Virus record (IMG/VR): IMGVR_UViG_3300030104_005963
Source: a virus
Direction: 5' to 3' (one strand)
DNA length: 64,000 nt
Positions 26,137-36,266 of this stretch are shown piece by piece. The translations under genes were made by a program, and so were the position numbers. The notes under the pieces are model-generated. The model worked only from the letters and a program-made list of their open reading frames with translations. It made no database searches and had not been told where the DNA came from. Position 1 is the stretch's first letter, and every line of letters begins with the position of its first letter.

Positions 26137-27678
26137 ATGGCACTAGCAGCAGTCGCGGCAGGAGCAGTAAAAATAGGAGCAATGGTAGGTAAAACTGCTA
26201 TTGGAGTCACTAAGGTTGCCGGATCTACAATAAGATCTGGTGCTAGAGTTGGAAGTCGTGCGACTGCAAAAGGTGCCAAGAAAGTAAATGCCGGACTTAA
26301 AAAAGCAATACTTCAAAGAAAGAGAGTTCAGGCAAATACTTTTTTGAAAAATCAAAGGAGAAAGAGAAGAAATGTTGAATTGCAAAAAAGAAATACAAAA
26401 GAACAAGAACTGGAAAAAAGAAGTATAATTAAAGGTGGAAAGGGAATTCAAGTTCCTACTATTGCAAGAAACCCTTTACAGGCACTGATTGAGTTTTTAT
26501 CCACAATACTTATTGGTTGGTTAATAAATAAACTTCCTCAAATTATAGAATGGGCAAAAAAACTAATATCTTTTGTCAAGAAAACTATCAAGATAATTGG
26601 AAGTTTTTTCAGTAATCTGAAAGATGCTCTGTCTGGTGTTGTTGACTTATTCAAAAATACTGCCGAAGCAATCAAAAATTTTGATTTTGCCGATAAAGAT
26701 AAAAAAATACGAGATTCCTTTGATAAATTAAAAGAATCTTTTAACAAGATGGGAAAAGATATTGAAGATGGTAAAAAACTTTTAAAAGAAACCACACAGA
26801 AAAGTCCTCAAGAAATAATGAGTCAGGAAAGATCTGAACTAATGTCAGATCCCGATCAAGTAAAATCTGAAATAGAAAGAGTGCGAACTGGTGAAACTCC
26901 AACAGTGCAACCTCAAACTCCAATGACTGGAGATTTATTCAGCACTATTGCTGGTAGTGAAGGTGGAGTAAATTCTGTAAACAGAAGAACTGCTGGTGAT
27001 ACTCCTGGTGGTGCAAAATCTATTTTTGGTAAAAATCTCACCGATATGACTATTAGTGAAATTTATGCTGCTCAACAATCTGGAAGAGTATTTGCTGTAG
27101 GTAAATATCAAATAATTCCGAGTACGATGACAGGATTTATTAATTATTTGAGAGGACAAGGTATTGATCCTGACAAAACAAAATTTACAGAAAAAATACA
27201 AGATTTTTATAAACCATATACTGTTAATGTAAAGAGACCTGCTGTTGGAAATTATCTTAGGGGTAAGGCAACTATTAATGATGCAAATTTAGCACTAGCT
27301 GCCGAATTTGCATCTATAGGTGTTCCTTATGATATGAAGAAAGGTTCTTATAATGGAACTTGGCCTAAGAGTGATATTAAAAAAGGTGATAGTTTATATT
27401 CAGGTGTAGGTGGAAATAAAGCATCAATTTCACCAGAAGAAATACAAGCATCTCTCCGTGGATCTAGTGGAGAAAAAAATATTTCTCCTTTACCAAGAGC
27501 AGAAACTAATTTAAAAATGGATACAACTTCTGAAGATATTGTTGTAATTGATGAACAACCAGTTCCAATATCTTCACCAATAGTTAGAGGTTCTTCATCA
27601 GTTGTTTTTATTCCAGTCGGACCTTCATTAAATAGTATGTTGAAACAACAATTACTTTTAGATTTAGCATATACCTAA
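26137..27678 (+). CDS. Virion protein with lysozyme-like domain
   Basis: IAGSEGG...LTDMTISEI...AVGKYQIIPSTM...LAAEFASI glycosylase-type motifs after a basic N-terminus. Confidence 0.75.
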   Translation: MALAAVAAGAVKIGAMVGKTAIGVTKVAGSTIRSGARVGSRATAKGAKKVNAGLKKAILQRKRVQANTFLKNQRRKRRNVELQKRNTKEQELEKRSIIKGGKGIQVPTIARNPLQALIEFLSTILIGWLINKLPQIIEWAKKLISFVKKTIKIIGSFFSNLKDALSGVVDLFKNTAEAIKNFDFADKDKKIRDSFDKLKESFNKMGKDIEDGKKLLKETTQKSPQEIMSQERSELMSDPDQVKSEIERVRTGETPTVQPQTPMTGDLFSTIAGSEGGVNSVNRRTAGDTPGGAKSIFGKNLTDMTISEIYAAQQSGRVFAVGKYQIIPSTMTGFINYLRGQGIDPDKTKFTEKIQDFYKPYTVNVKRPAVGNYLRGKATINDANLALAAEFASIGVPYDMKKGSYNGTWPKSDIKKGDSLYSGVGGNKASISPEEIQASLRGSSGEKNISPLPRAETNLKMDTTSEDIVVIDEQPVPISSPIVRGSSSVVFIPVGPSLNSMLKQQLLLDLAYT

Positions 27679-29031
27679 ATGTCAGCAGCAGCCGCCTCTC
27701 TTTACGAAACCCTAGCAATTCAATCAAATGATGGGGAAAAAACCGTTGATATTCGACTGGGGACTATTTCTATTGATTATTATGAGGATATATTTTCTCC
27801 GACAGTTACTGCAAAAATTAAAGTTGTAAATACCGGAGATACTATAGGATTAGAGAAAAATGATCCTAATAAACGATCTCTTTATAATGGACTACCTCTT
27901 CGTGGAGGTGAACGTATTGCAATGAAAATATTAGATAGAGGAGTGGGAAAAACCGGACTTGATTTTGCAACAGATCCAAATGATTATCTTTATGTTTCTA
28001 GTATTACTGATGTTGTTTCCGAAACTCAAAGAGAAAGTTTTACATTACACTTAGTTTCTAGAGAGGCAATAACAAATGAAACAGCAAGAGTTGTAAAAAA
28101 ATATCCTACAGGTTTAACTATTGATGATTCGGTAAAAAAAATATTAACCGAAGTATTAAAAACCAGATTCGATGATAATTTAATTGAAAAATCTCAAAAC
28201 AAATATGGTTTTATTGGAAATTTGAGGAAACCATTTACAGTTCTAGTTTGGTTGGCATCAAAGGCAGTGCCTGTAAGTTCTGGTGATGCTACTGCAGGAT
28301 TTGTTTTTTATCAGACACAAGATGGATTTAATTTTAGATCAATTCAAAATTTAATTGATGATGGAGTTAAAAAGGCAAAGGAAAATCAAGTTCCTGAGTA
28401 TGTTTATACTGAAGTAAATGAATCACAAATAGATAGAACTGATAATAATGATTTCCAAATTACTACATATACCACTGATAGAAATCAAAATTTAATTGAA
28501 AAACTTAGACTTGGAACGTATGCAAGTCAGAGAATGTTTTTTAATCCATTAACATTTAATTTTACGACACCCGAACAAGGACTATTCCAATATAGCAACT
28601 ATGGAAATAAGGCAGGAAATCTTGGAGATCCAATCGATTTACCTCCTCTTAGTGAAACATCTGAAAAAACATTAGGACAAACACCTACGAGAATATTATC
28701 TTCTGTTCTTGATATTGGAACAATGGAGAAAGATGTATCTGTTGATAAAAATGCAGATCCAAGTGAAAATCAGGCACAAGCCATCATGAGATATAATGTT
28801 TTGTTTACACAGACTGTAAGTATGACTGTTCCTTGTAATACTAATTTGAGAGCAGGAGATGTTATTAAATGTCTTTTTCCTAAAATTTCTAGGAATGATG
28901 GTCAAGAATTTGACCCTGATCAAAGTGGTCTATATATGATAAAGGAATTATGCCATCATTTTGATAAAACAAGATCTTTTACATCTATGTTGTTAGTTAG
29001 AGATACTTTCGGATTATACACTGGAAAATGA
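27679..29031 (+). CDS. Baseplate hub/tail protein (gp27-like, tentative)
   Basis: YYEDIFSPTVTA, LPLRGGE, LRAGDVI and SGLYMIKELCHHF; lies directly upstream of gp5. Confidence 0.6.
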   Translation: MSAAAASLYETLAIQSNDGEKTVDIRLGTISIDYYEDIFSPTVTAKIKVVNTGDTIGLEKNDPNKRSLYNGLPLRGGERIAMKILDRGVGKTGLDFATDPNDYLYVSSITDVVSETQRESFTLHLVSREAITNETARVVKKYPTGLTIDDSVKKILTEVLKTRFDDNLIEKSQNKYGFIGNLRKPFTVLVWLASKAVPVSSGDATAGFVFYQTQDGFNFRSIQNLIDDGVKKAKENQVPEYVYTEVNESQIDRTDNNDFQITTYTTDRNQNLIEKLRLGTYASQRMFFNPLTFNFTTPEQGLFQYSNYGNKAGNLGDPIDLPPLSETSEKTLGQTPTRILSSVLDIGTMEKDVSVDKNADPSENQAQAIMRYNVLFTQTVSMTVPCNTNLRAGDVIKCLFPKISRNDGQEFDPDQSGLYMIKELCHHFDKTRSFTSMLLVRDTFGLYTGK

Positions 29032-31310
29032 TAGAAGAAACACTACTAAAAAGTAATTTTATAGGAAGAGACGGATTTCGTTGGTGGATTGGTCAGATTC
29101 CTCCTGGAGAATCTTTAGGTTCTCAGAATAAGGGTGAAGGATGGGGAAATAGATTTAAGGTTAGAATTTTAGGTTATCATCCTTACAGTAAAGATGACTT
29201 ACCGGATGAAGATTTGCCATGGGCAGGTTGTTTATTACCGGCAACATCAGGAACGGGATCTTCAAATCTTGCTCAGAGTGTAAAGTATCGTCCCGGTGAT
29301 GTTGTTGTTGGTTTCTTTATGGATGGGGATAATGCACAAATTCCTATGATTATGGGTGCATTTGGTAGAACTGGTCAAGTTCCACAGCAAGCAGCATCGG
29401 GTGCATTTGTTCCTTTTACCGGATACACTTCAAACATTCCTGAACCTAATGGAACACTAGTTTCGGATGAATCTAATGAACAAAATAGTGATAGTCAACC
29501 AACTCCAAGAAGTATTAGTGGTGAGCAAACTGAAAAAATAAATTCTAGTGGTAATAGTGGGAAAACAGAAATACCGGCATCAAAAGCAGATGGACAAGTA
29601 ATTTCACCTGCAAATGCATGTGATGATAATTTTATGGATGAAGTGACTAGTGTTCTTGAAAATTTTCTTGGAAGTGTTCCTGGTATCAATGGTGGAATAC
29701 TAGGTGAGGCATCAGATTTCCTCAATGATGTAAATGCCGTTGCTAAAAAAATACAAAGATTAGCAAATAATCCAGTATCAACGATGATGGATTCTCTTTA
29801 CAGAGAATTTATACCATTGATGCGAGGAGGTTTAAATGCACTATATGAGTCTGTTAAAAACTCTAAAGGCACTCTTGCAGCTATAGCTGCTATTAAAGCA
29901 ATGGTTCCTCCTATGGTTGCAATTCAAGATCAACTTGCATGTCTGACCGGTAAAATTATTGGTGGTCTTACTGATACGATTAAAGGAATGATTGAGGATG
30001 CATTAATAAACATTGTAAATTTTGGAACTTGTGTTGCCGAACAATTTGCCGGAGATTTATTGAATAAAATTATGGATCAAATTGTTGATGGAATGTCCGG
30101 AGTATTAAAAGGTATTGAACCAATTTTAAAATTTATTAATGTTGATGTAAGAGAAATACTTAGTTCAACTTCTGATATGATAGCAGCTGCAGCAGGATTT
30201 TTTGATTGTAATCAGGAAAAAGGTAAATGTACAGGTAGAGTTAGAAAATGGACATTGGGTTATGGTGCCGATGGGAGTTTTGATTTACAAAAAACATTTG
30301 ATAATGTCATGGATCAAATAAACGTTCAAAATGCATTGAGTCTTCTTAATATTAATTTACCATCTGTTCCAGATATAGGTGGATTAACTTCTACTTTATC
30401 TGGTCTGGGTATTGATCTTCCATCATTGGGAGTAAATATAGATGATTTTGCTAATAATTTACCAGGATTACAATCTACATTATCTGGATTAGGTGTAAAT
30501 TTACCAGAATTAGGTGTTAATATAGATAATTTTGCGGGTGTAGTTACAAATTCTCCATTTACAAAACCTGATTGTGCGACACCTTCTGCTTGTGGTGGTC
30601 CTACGGTCAAAATATTTGATGGTGATGGAATTGGTGGTGCAGGTAGGGCAATACTTGGTGGAATTGTTCAAAATACACCAAATCTTAGTGATTTATCAAG
30701 TAATGTTGTTAAAACCGCAAGTATTATTGGAGTTGAATTAACTGATCCCGGTTCTAATTATTTCTATAAAGAACCACTGATTAGTTTTAGTGATTCATGT
30801 GGATTGGGATATGGTGCTGTTGGAAAAGCAATTGTTAATTTTGAAACGGGAGAAATTAAAAATATTGTGATGATATCTGAAGGAGAAAATTATCCTGCTG
30901 CTTCCGGAACTATAATTCCTGAGGATGAAACCGAAATTGATCCAAATGATCCAGGACCAGAAGACCCCACTGGACCAATTGATCCAGGAATTCCTGTTGG
31001 TATTGTTGATATAGAAATAGAAGATCCTGGTAACGATGTTCCTGAAGAACCTGAAATTATTATAGATCCTGGTATAGATCCTCCTCCGGGTGAATTGGGT
31101 GAACCAATATTGGGTGAACCAATATTTGATGTTCGTGTTGAGGATGGAAGAATAATATCTGTAAAACCAATAAATATTATTCAGGTAAATACTTTACCGA
31201 CATTGCGTGTCTCAGGTGGTACTGGTGCAATATTGAGACCAGTTATTGGAAGAATACCAGAATCGAAACCAGGACAAAAGGTAATACAAGTCATCGACTG
31301 CATAACATAA
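29028..31310 (+). CDS. gp5: Baseplate hub subunit gp5 (N-terminal OB-fold)
   Basis: FRWWIGQI...RFKVRILGYH...LPWA...GDVVVGFFMDG...PMIMG. No T4-type lysozyme domain was recognised. Confidence 0.85.
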   Translation: MIEETLLKSNFIGRDGFRWWIGQIPPGESLGSQNKGEGWGNRFKVRILGYHPYSKDDLPDEDLPWAGCLLPATSGTGSSNLAQSVKYRPGDVVVGFFMDGDNAQIPMIMGAFGRTGQVPQQAASGAFVPFTGYTSNIPEPNGTLVSDESNEQNSDSQPTPRSISGEQTEKINSSGNSGKTEIPASKADGQVISPANACDDNFMDEVTSVLENFLGSVPGINGGILGEASDFLNDVNAVAKKIQRLANNPVSTMMDSLYREFIPLMRGGLNALYESVKNSKGTLAAIAAIKAMVPPMVAIQDQLACLTGKIIGGLTDTIKGMIEDALINIVNFGTCVAEQFAGDLLNKIMDQIVDGMSGVLKGIEPILKFINVDVREILSSTSDMIAAAAGFFDCNQEKGKCTGRVRKWTLGYGADGSFDLQKTFDNVMDQINVQNALSLLNINLPSVPDIGGLTSTLSGLGIDLPSLGVNIDDFANNLPGLQSTLSGLGVNLPELGVNIDNFAGVVTNSPFTKPDCATPSACGGPTVKIFDGDGIGGAGRAILGGIVQNTPNLSDLSSNVVKTASIIGVELTDPGSNYFYKEPLISFSDSCGLGYGAVGKAIVNFETGEIKNIVMISEGENYPAASGTIIPEDETEIDPNDPGPEDPTGPIDPGIPVGIVDIEIEDPGNDVPEEPEIIIDPGIDPPPGELGEPILGEPIFDVRVEDGRIISVKPINIIQVNTLPTLRVSGGTGAILRPVIGRIPESKPGQKVIQVIDCIT

Positions 31311-31311
31311 T

Positions 31312-31956
31312 ATGGGAACTAGACCGAACGAAAACTGGGAAAGAAGGACCATTGATAGTAGAAGTCCTAAATTTAGAATTGATGTCGCCAATCCAGAAAT
31401 GGGTGCCGAAGGTGCTGATGTCTACAAAATTTATGCGGTCACAGACAATGATGATGTAAATCTATGTTCTTTAAGTGAGGGTGGAAAATATAAAATTCAT
31501 AATGATAAATCTCTAGAAATTGTTGCAGGAATGACTAACACCGAGGGTGGTGTTGATATTGTCATTGCCGGAATGAAAGGTGATGTTCTAATCACCGCAA
31601 TGAGAGATGGTCAGGTCAAAATTAAAGGTGCTAATATCGCAATTCAGGCAGATGAAGACATTGATTTGATTGCAGGTAGAAATATCAATATTAATGGTAA
31701 GGCAAAAGTTTTACTAAAAGGAAATAAGGTTCATGCAGATGGACTATTAGGTAATTTGGTAGAAGAAACCAGTGGAAGTTTTGTAATGAGAGTTTTTAAC
31801 GGAGTGGCTGGTGGAGCAGTTGGTATGGATTATCTTAGAGGAGCTAGTGAACTTAAAGATGCCTTGGGTGGAGTAGCTGCTGTTGCCGGTATTGGTAATC
31901 CTTCCCTTGGTCTTGCTGCAAATGTTCTAGGCAATTTCTCTCAGAGTTTATTCTAA
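31312..31956 (+). CDS. Baseplate spike-like protein (gp5 C-terminal beta-helix-like)
   Basis: Alternating beta-repeat pattern GQVKIKGANIAIQADEDIDLIAGRNININGK; follows gp5. Confidence 0.5.
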   Translation: MGTRPNENWERRTIDSRSPKFRIDVANPEMGAEGADVYKIYAVTDNDDVNLCSLSEGGKYKIHNDKSLEIVAGMTNTEGGVDIVIAGMKGDVLITAMRDGQVKIKGANIAIQADEDIDLIAGRNININGKAKVLLKGNKVHADGLLGNLVEETSGSFVMRVFNGVAGGAVGMDYLRGASELKDALGGVAAVAGIGNPSLGLAANVLGNFSQSLF

Positions 31957-31957
31957 C

Positions 31958-34900
31958 ATGTCATACGAACAGGTATTTGGTCTATCATCTCAATTTAATG
32001 AAGATGTAATCTTTTTAAAAGATGTTAAAATTGACGGGGCAATAACTTTTGGTGGTCCTATACGTTTTGATGTTCCAGTAACATTTGGAGAAGATGTTAC
32101 TTTTGAGAAAAGTATATTTGTTGGTGAAAATGCGACTATTGATAATAATTTGAGTGTTGGTGGTATCAGCACATTCACCGGTTTTGTAGATGTAAACAAT
32201 AGTATGGACGTTGCGAGCATACTAACTGTTCGTACAAGATTGGATGTTGGTGTTGCTGGAACAGCATTAAATGTTGATACAAGAACAAATAATATTGGAA
32301 TATTTACATCCGATTCAACTGATGGATCTAGACTTTCTTTTGGATTTAATGAAGAAGGATTAATTATTGATACAAGAACAAACAATATTGGAATATTTAC
32401 AGCAAATCCGGTACAATCGTTTCAATTCAATTCTGGTATAAGTTCAACCTTTGTAATTACAGATGAGGGAAGAGTTGGAATTGGTAAAACAAATCCAGAA
32501 AATGGGATAGTTGGTCTTGATACATCGGCACAAGGTGAATTAAAACTTGATATTGATGGAACTATTTCTATTTCAAGAAATATCTATGACTCTGCTGGTT
32601 CTCCCGGTGTAAATGGTGCATTTTTAAATCGAGATGCCAATGGAATACGTTGGGTAACATTTGAACCTGCATTCTCTGAGGGTATTTTTATTCAAGATGA
32701 AGGAACTTTTATTCCTATAGTTGGTGCGGCACAATCATTTACAGTTTTAAATTTTGTTCAACTCAATAGTCAAGGTACAGGCACTGATACTCTCATTCCT
32801 ATTCCTGACCCAGCTAACCCTACTGAAATTGCAAAAATACAGACGCAAGATTTGTGGGGATTTACTGGTAATGACATTTATAGATTGTCTAAGGTTGGTA
32901 TTAATAATAATAGTCCAAGTGCTCAATTAGATATAGATGGAACTGTTCATGCTACCGGTGATGTTGACTTTGATTCAAAATTAAATGTAGATGGTGATAC
33001 CACTCTCGAAAAAACCACCACCGATGGTCTTCTTGATATAAATGATGGTGGTCAGGCAAATACCTTCAAGGTAGAAGATCTAACAAATGATAGAGTTGTT
33101 ATTGCCGGTACTGGTGGTGAAATTGAAGATGATGAAAATTTAACATTTGATGGATCTAAACTTTTTGTTGGTGTTAATTTAGAGGTAGATGGATTAGTTA
33201 CATTTGATGATACAACAGATGCAACTAGTACTACTGATGGAGCTGTTGAAATTGCCGGTGGTGTTGGAATTGTTAAAAAATTATTTGTTGGTGATGATAC
33301 AAAAATAGAAGGCACTACACAATCAATTTCAAATACTACGGGAGCACTAATTGTTAGCGGTGGTGTTGGTATTGCTAAAACTGTTAATGTTGGAGGTTCT
33401 CTTGGTGTAGGTGGAACAGGAAAATTTGGTGAGTTATTGGAATTGGATGGTCCATTAAAAGATTTTAATGATAGTGTTGCTACTGGAAAAACCGATTATC
33501 GTTTATCATCAATTTATCATGATTCTGGAACTGGAATTGGTGTATCATGGAGACCACCGGGTGTTCAAACTAAAAAAACAGTTTGGGTTTCTAAAAATGG
33601 TAGTGATTTAAATAGTGGATTACTTGAAGGTGATGCAAAGGCAAGTCTTGGAGGTGCCGCTGCAGTAGCACAAGAAGGAGATACAATTAAGATAAGACCC
33701 GGAAAGTATCTTGAAAATAATCCTGTTGGATTAAGAACAGATGTATCAGTTACTGGTGAAGATTTGAGACTCGTAACCATAGTTCCAGAAAATAAAAATG
33801 ATGATGTCATTCATGTTCGTCGTGGTTGCTTAGTCGAGAACTTAAGTTTTGCCGGTGGTGTTGTTGGTAGTGGTGTAGAAATAGGTTGTGATCGTGCAGG
33901 TGCAGTCGCATTTCCACCGACACAAACTGATATTACTGCCGGTATATCTGTTCGTGCAAGAAGTGGATTTACTGGTTTAGGACCAGCAGATGAAGGTTCG
34001 TCAGGAAGATGGAGATCACCATATATAAGAAATTGTACTAACTTCATGACAGGAAGTATTGGTATGAAAATTAATGGTGATCATGCCACGGCAGCTGATG
34101 AAGATTCTGGTGCAGATTTAAAATCTATGGTATGTGATTCATTTACTCAGTATAATGAAGCTGGTATCGGTGTATCTCTTTCTAATGATGCATATGCACA
34201 GTTAGTTTCTATCTTTACAATTAACTGCGATATTGCAATATATGCCGAAACAGGAGGACAATGTGACCTGACAAACTCCAACTCTTCCTTTGGTAATTTT
34301 GGATTAGTTGCGGTTGGACTCGGTGCAACTCAATATACAGGATTTGCCTCTAATACAAATAGTGCCAAAGAAATTATTATCGAAAATGAACCTGGAACTG
34401 ATACTATTGTCGCATATGGTGTGACAGATACTGGAAATGATGATCAAAGACCATTTGATGGTCAGGCATTATATTTTAAAATTAATAATGTTGGAAGACA
34501 AAATTATCCGACAGTTCCGGCATTTGATAGACTTACGGCACCAATGAAGGAATTGGATGCTATTAATATTATTCCTGGAGCAGATTTAACCGGATATAGT
34601 GCATTAAATCCACCATCAGTGACTATTTTAGATGCAGATATTGTAGGAAATCCTGGTCGTGGACCCTTGGGACCAGAAGGAATTATTGCAGAAGGTTCTG
34701 CGACAGTTGATCAAACTGGAACTATCACAGAATTTAATGTAATTGCAAGTGGAAGAAATTATCTGCCAACACAAAATCTTGTTGTGGATGTAGATGGTGA
34801 TACTGAAATTGCAACTGCTGTTATGGAACCAATTTATTATACTGTTTTTGAGGCAACCGAAAATACTGGATATCAAGCACCAGGTCAACCTGACCCAGGT

Positions 34901-35257
34901 CCTGGTATTACAACAATTACTTTTAATGAATTCATACCATATGCAGTATTTCCAGATGATCCTTTTACTCTTCAAAGAATCAGTCGTATTCTGACCAGTT
35001 CGCACTCATTTGAATACGTTGGTACAGGCACCGACATAAATAGATCGACACCTCTTGTTGGTGGTGTCACTATTAAAGCGAACGAAATTGTCGCTTCTAA
35101 AGGAGCACAAATTCCTTTTACATCTACTGATCAAAAAGGCAATTTTGATATTGGTGAAGGTCTCCAAATTGATCAAACTACATCTACAATTCGTGGTCGA
35201 GATTTTAGTAGAGCAATTCAAGTAGAAGTTACACCCTTAATATTGGCACTGAGATAA
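31958..35257 (+). CDS. Large virion structural protein (beta-helix/pectin-lyase-like C-terminal half)
   Basis: VWVSKNGSDLNSG...GDTIKIRPGKY...GEDLR and SPYIRNCT...MVCDSFTQYN; N-terminal fibre-like repeats. Confidence 0.7.
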   Translation: MSYEQVFGLSSQFNEDVIFLKDVKIDGAITFGGPIRFDVPVTFGEDVTFEKSIFVGENATIDNNLSVGGISTFTGFVDVNNSMDVASILTVRTRLDVGVAGTALNVDTRTNNIGIFTSDSTDGSRLSFGFNEEGLIIDTRTNNIGIFTANPVQSFQFNSGISSTFVITDEGRVGIGKTNPENGIVGLDTSAQGELKLDIDGTISISRNIYDSAGSPGVNGAFLNRDANGIRWVTFEPAFSEGIFIQDEGTFIPIVGAAQSFTVLNFVQLNSQGTGTDTLIPIPDPANPTEIAKIQTQDLWGFTGNDIYRLSKVGINNNSPSAQLDIDGTVHATGDVDFDSKLNVDGDTTLEKTTTDGLLDINDGGQANTFKVEDLTNDRVVIAGTGGEIEDDENLTFDGSKLFVGVNLEVDGLVTFDDTTDATSTTDGAVEIAGGVGIVKKLFVGDDTKIEGTTQSISNTTGALIVSGGVGIAKTVNVGGSLGVGGTGKFGELLELDGPLKDFNDSVATGKTDYRLSSIYHDSGTGIGVSWRPPGVQTKKTVWVSKNGSDLNSGLLEGDAKASLGGAAAVAQEGDTIKIRPGKYLENNPVGLRTDVSVTGEDLRLVTIVPENKNDDVIHVRRGCLVENLSFAGGVVGSGVEIGCDRAGAVAFPPTQTDITAGISVRARSGFTGLGPADEGSSGRWRSPYIRNCTNFMTGSIGMKINGDHATAADEDSGADLKSMVCDSFTQYNEAGIGVSLSNDAYAQLVSIFTINCDIAIYAETGGQCDLTNSNSSFGNFGLVAVGLGATQYTGFASNTNSAKEIIIENEPGTDTIVAYGVTDTGNDDQRPFDGQALYFKINNVGRQNYPTVPAFDRLTAPMKELDAINIIPGADLTGYSALNPPSVTILDADIVGNPGRGPLGPEGIIAEGSATVDQTGTITEFNVIASGRNYLPTQNLVVDVDGDTEIATAVMEPIYYTVFEATENTGYQAPGQPDPGPGITTITFNEFIPYAVFPDDPFTLQRISRILTSSHSFEYVGTGTDINRSTPLVGGVTIKANEIVASKGAQIPFTSTDQKGNFDIGEGLQIDQTTSTIRGRDFSRAIQVEVTPLILALR

Positions 35258-35258
35258 T

Positions 35259-36260
35259 ATGGCAATCGCACCACTTAATAAATTTATTACGAAGGCAGTT
35301 CCGGTTACACCAAGTGAGCAAGTAGTTTATGAGGCGCCACAAGGATCAAATTCTATTGTACTTTATGTTGCCGTAGCAAATGTTGGTATAGGAAATACTT
35401 ATCCATTAGTTACTTTTACACATAGAAGAGAAAGTACGGCAACTAGAACTTCAGGAAATATTAGAAATATAAGATTACTCAAAGATATTGAAGTTCCACC
35501 ACAAGATGCCGTCATTATTATTGATGGTAGATTAGTTTTAGAAAGAAATGCAAATATAAGAGATTCTGTTATAATTAGAGGATATCAATCTGGTGTTGGA
35601 ACTGTCTATGATGCACAATATGATCATGTGACAGGATTAACTACTATAACCACCTATGATGATCATGGATTGAGTGTAGATGATGATATTGTACTTGATG
35701 GATTAGCATTTGATTGTGCATCTACGGCAGGAATTACTGGTCCTATTTTTCCTGCACCACAAACAACTTTTAAGGTAGAAACTGTAGGAACAACTACAAC
35801 TTTTACGACAAACACGGGAACTGTGGTTAGTTTGCCTCACACTTTTAGACCATCTCTTCATCGGTTTGTTCGTGCTAATCCAGATCCCATTACTATTGTT
35901 TCAGGTGCAGTTCCTGCAGCAGGAACAAAAATACAAGTAATAAAAGGAACCACATATGATTCCGTAACCGGAATACTTTCAGTCACGGCATCTGCACAAC
36001 ATAATCTAACAACAGGTGATACTATTCGATTTACTAATGAATCTTTAGTTTTTAAGTGTTCGCAGGATAATTTTACTGATGAAAAAAAATATCCTCGTGC
36101 GAGTGATCCTGCCAATAATTTAAATGCACTTGGTGTTACAACTTTTGTGGGAATCGCAAACACTTTTACTGTAAATGTCGGAGTTCAAACTGGTGGTGGA
36201 ACTGTATCACCAGCACAAATGGAACTTATTATGAGTGTTCTAGAAACTAGCACAGTATAA
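35259..36260 (+). CDS. Virion structural protein
   Basis: 333 aa with two YD.VTG modules, in the late structural operon. Confidence 0.6.
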   Translation: MAIAPLNKFITKAVPVTPSEQVVYEAPQGSNSIVLYVAVANVGIGNTYPLVTFTHRRESTATRTSGNIRNIRLLKDIEVPPQDAVIIIDGRLVLERNANIRDSVIIRGYQSGVGTVYDAQYDHVTGLTTITTYDDHGLSVDDDIVLDGLAFDCASTAGITGPIFPAPQTTFKVETVGTTTTFTTNTGTVVSLPHTFRPSLHRFVRANPDPITIVSGAVPAAGTKIQVIKGTTYDSVTGILSVTASAQHNLTTGDTIRFTNESLVFKCSQDNFTDEKKYPRASDPANNLNALGVTTFVGIANTFTVNVGVQTGGGTVSPAQMELIMSVLETSTV

Positions 36261-36266
36261 TAAATT

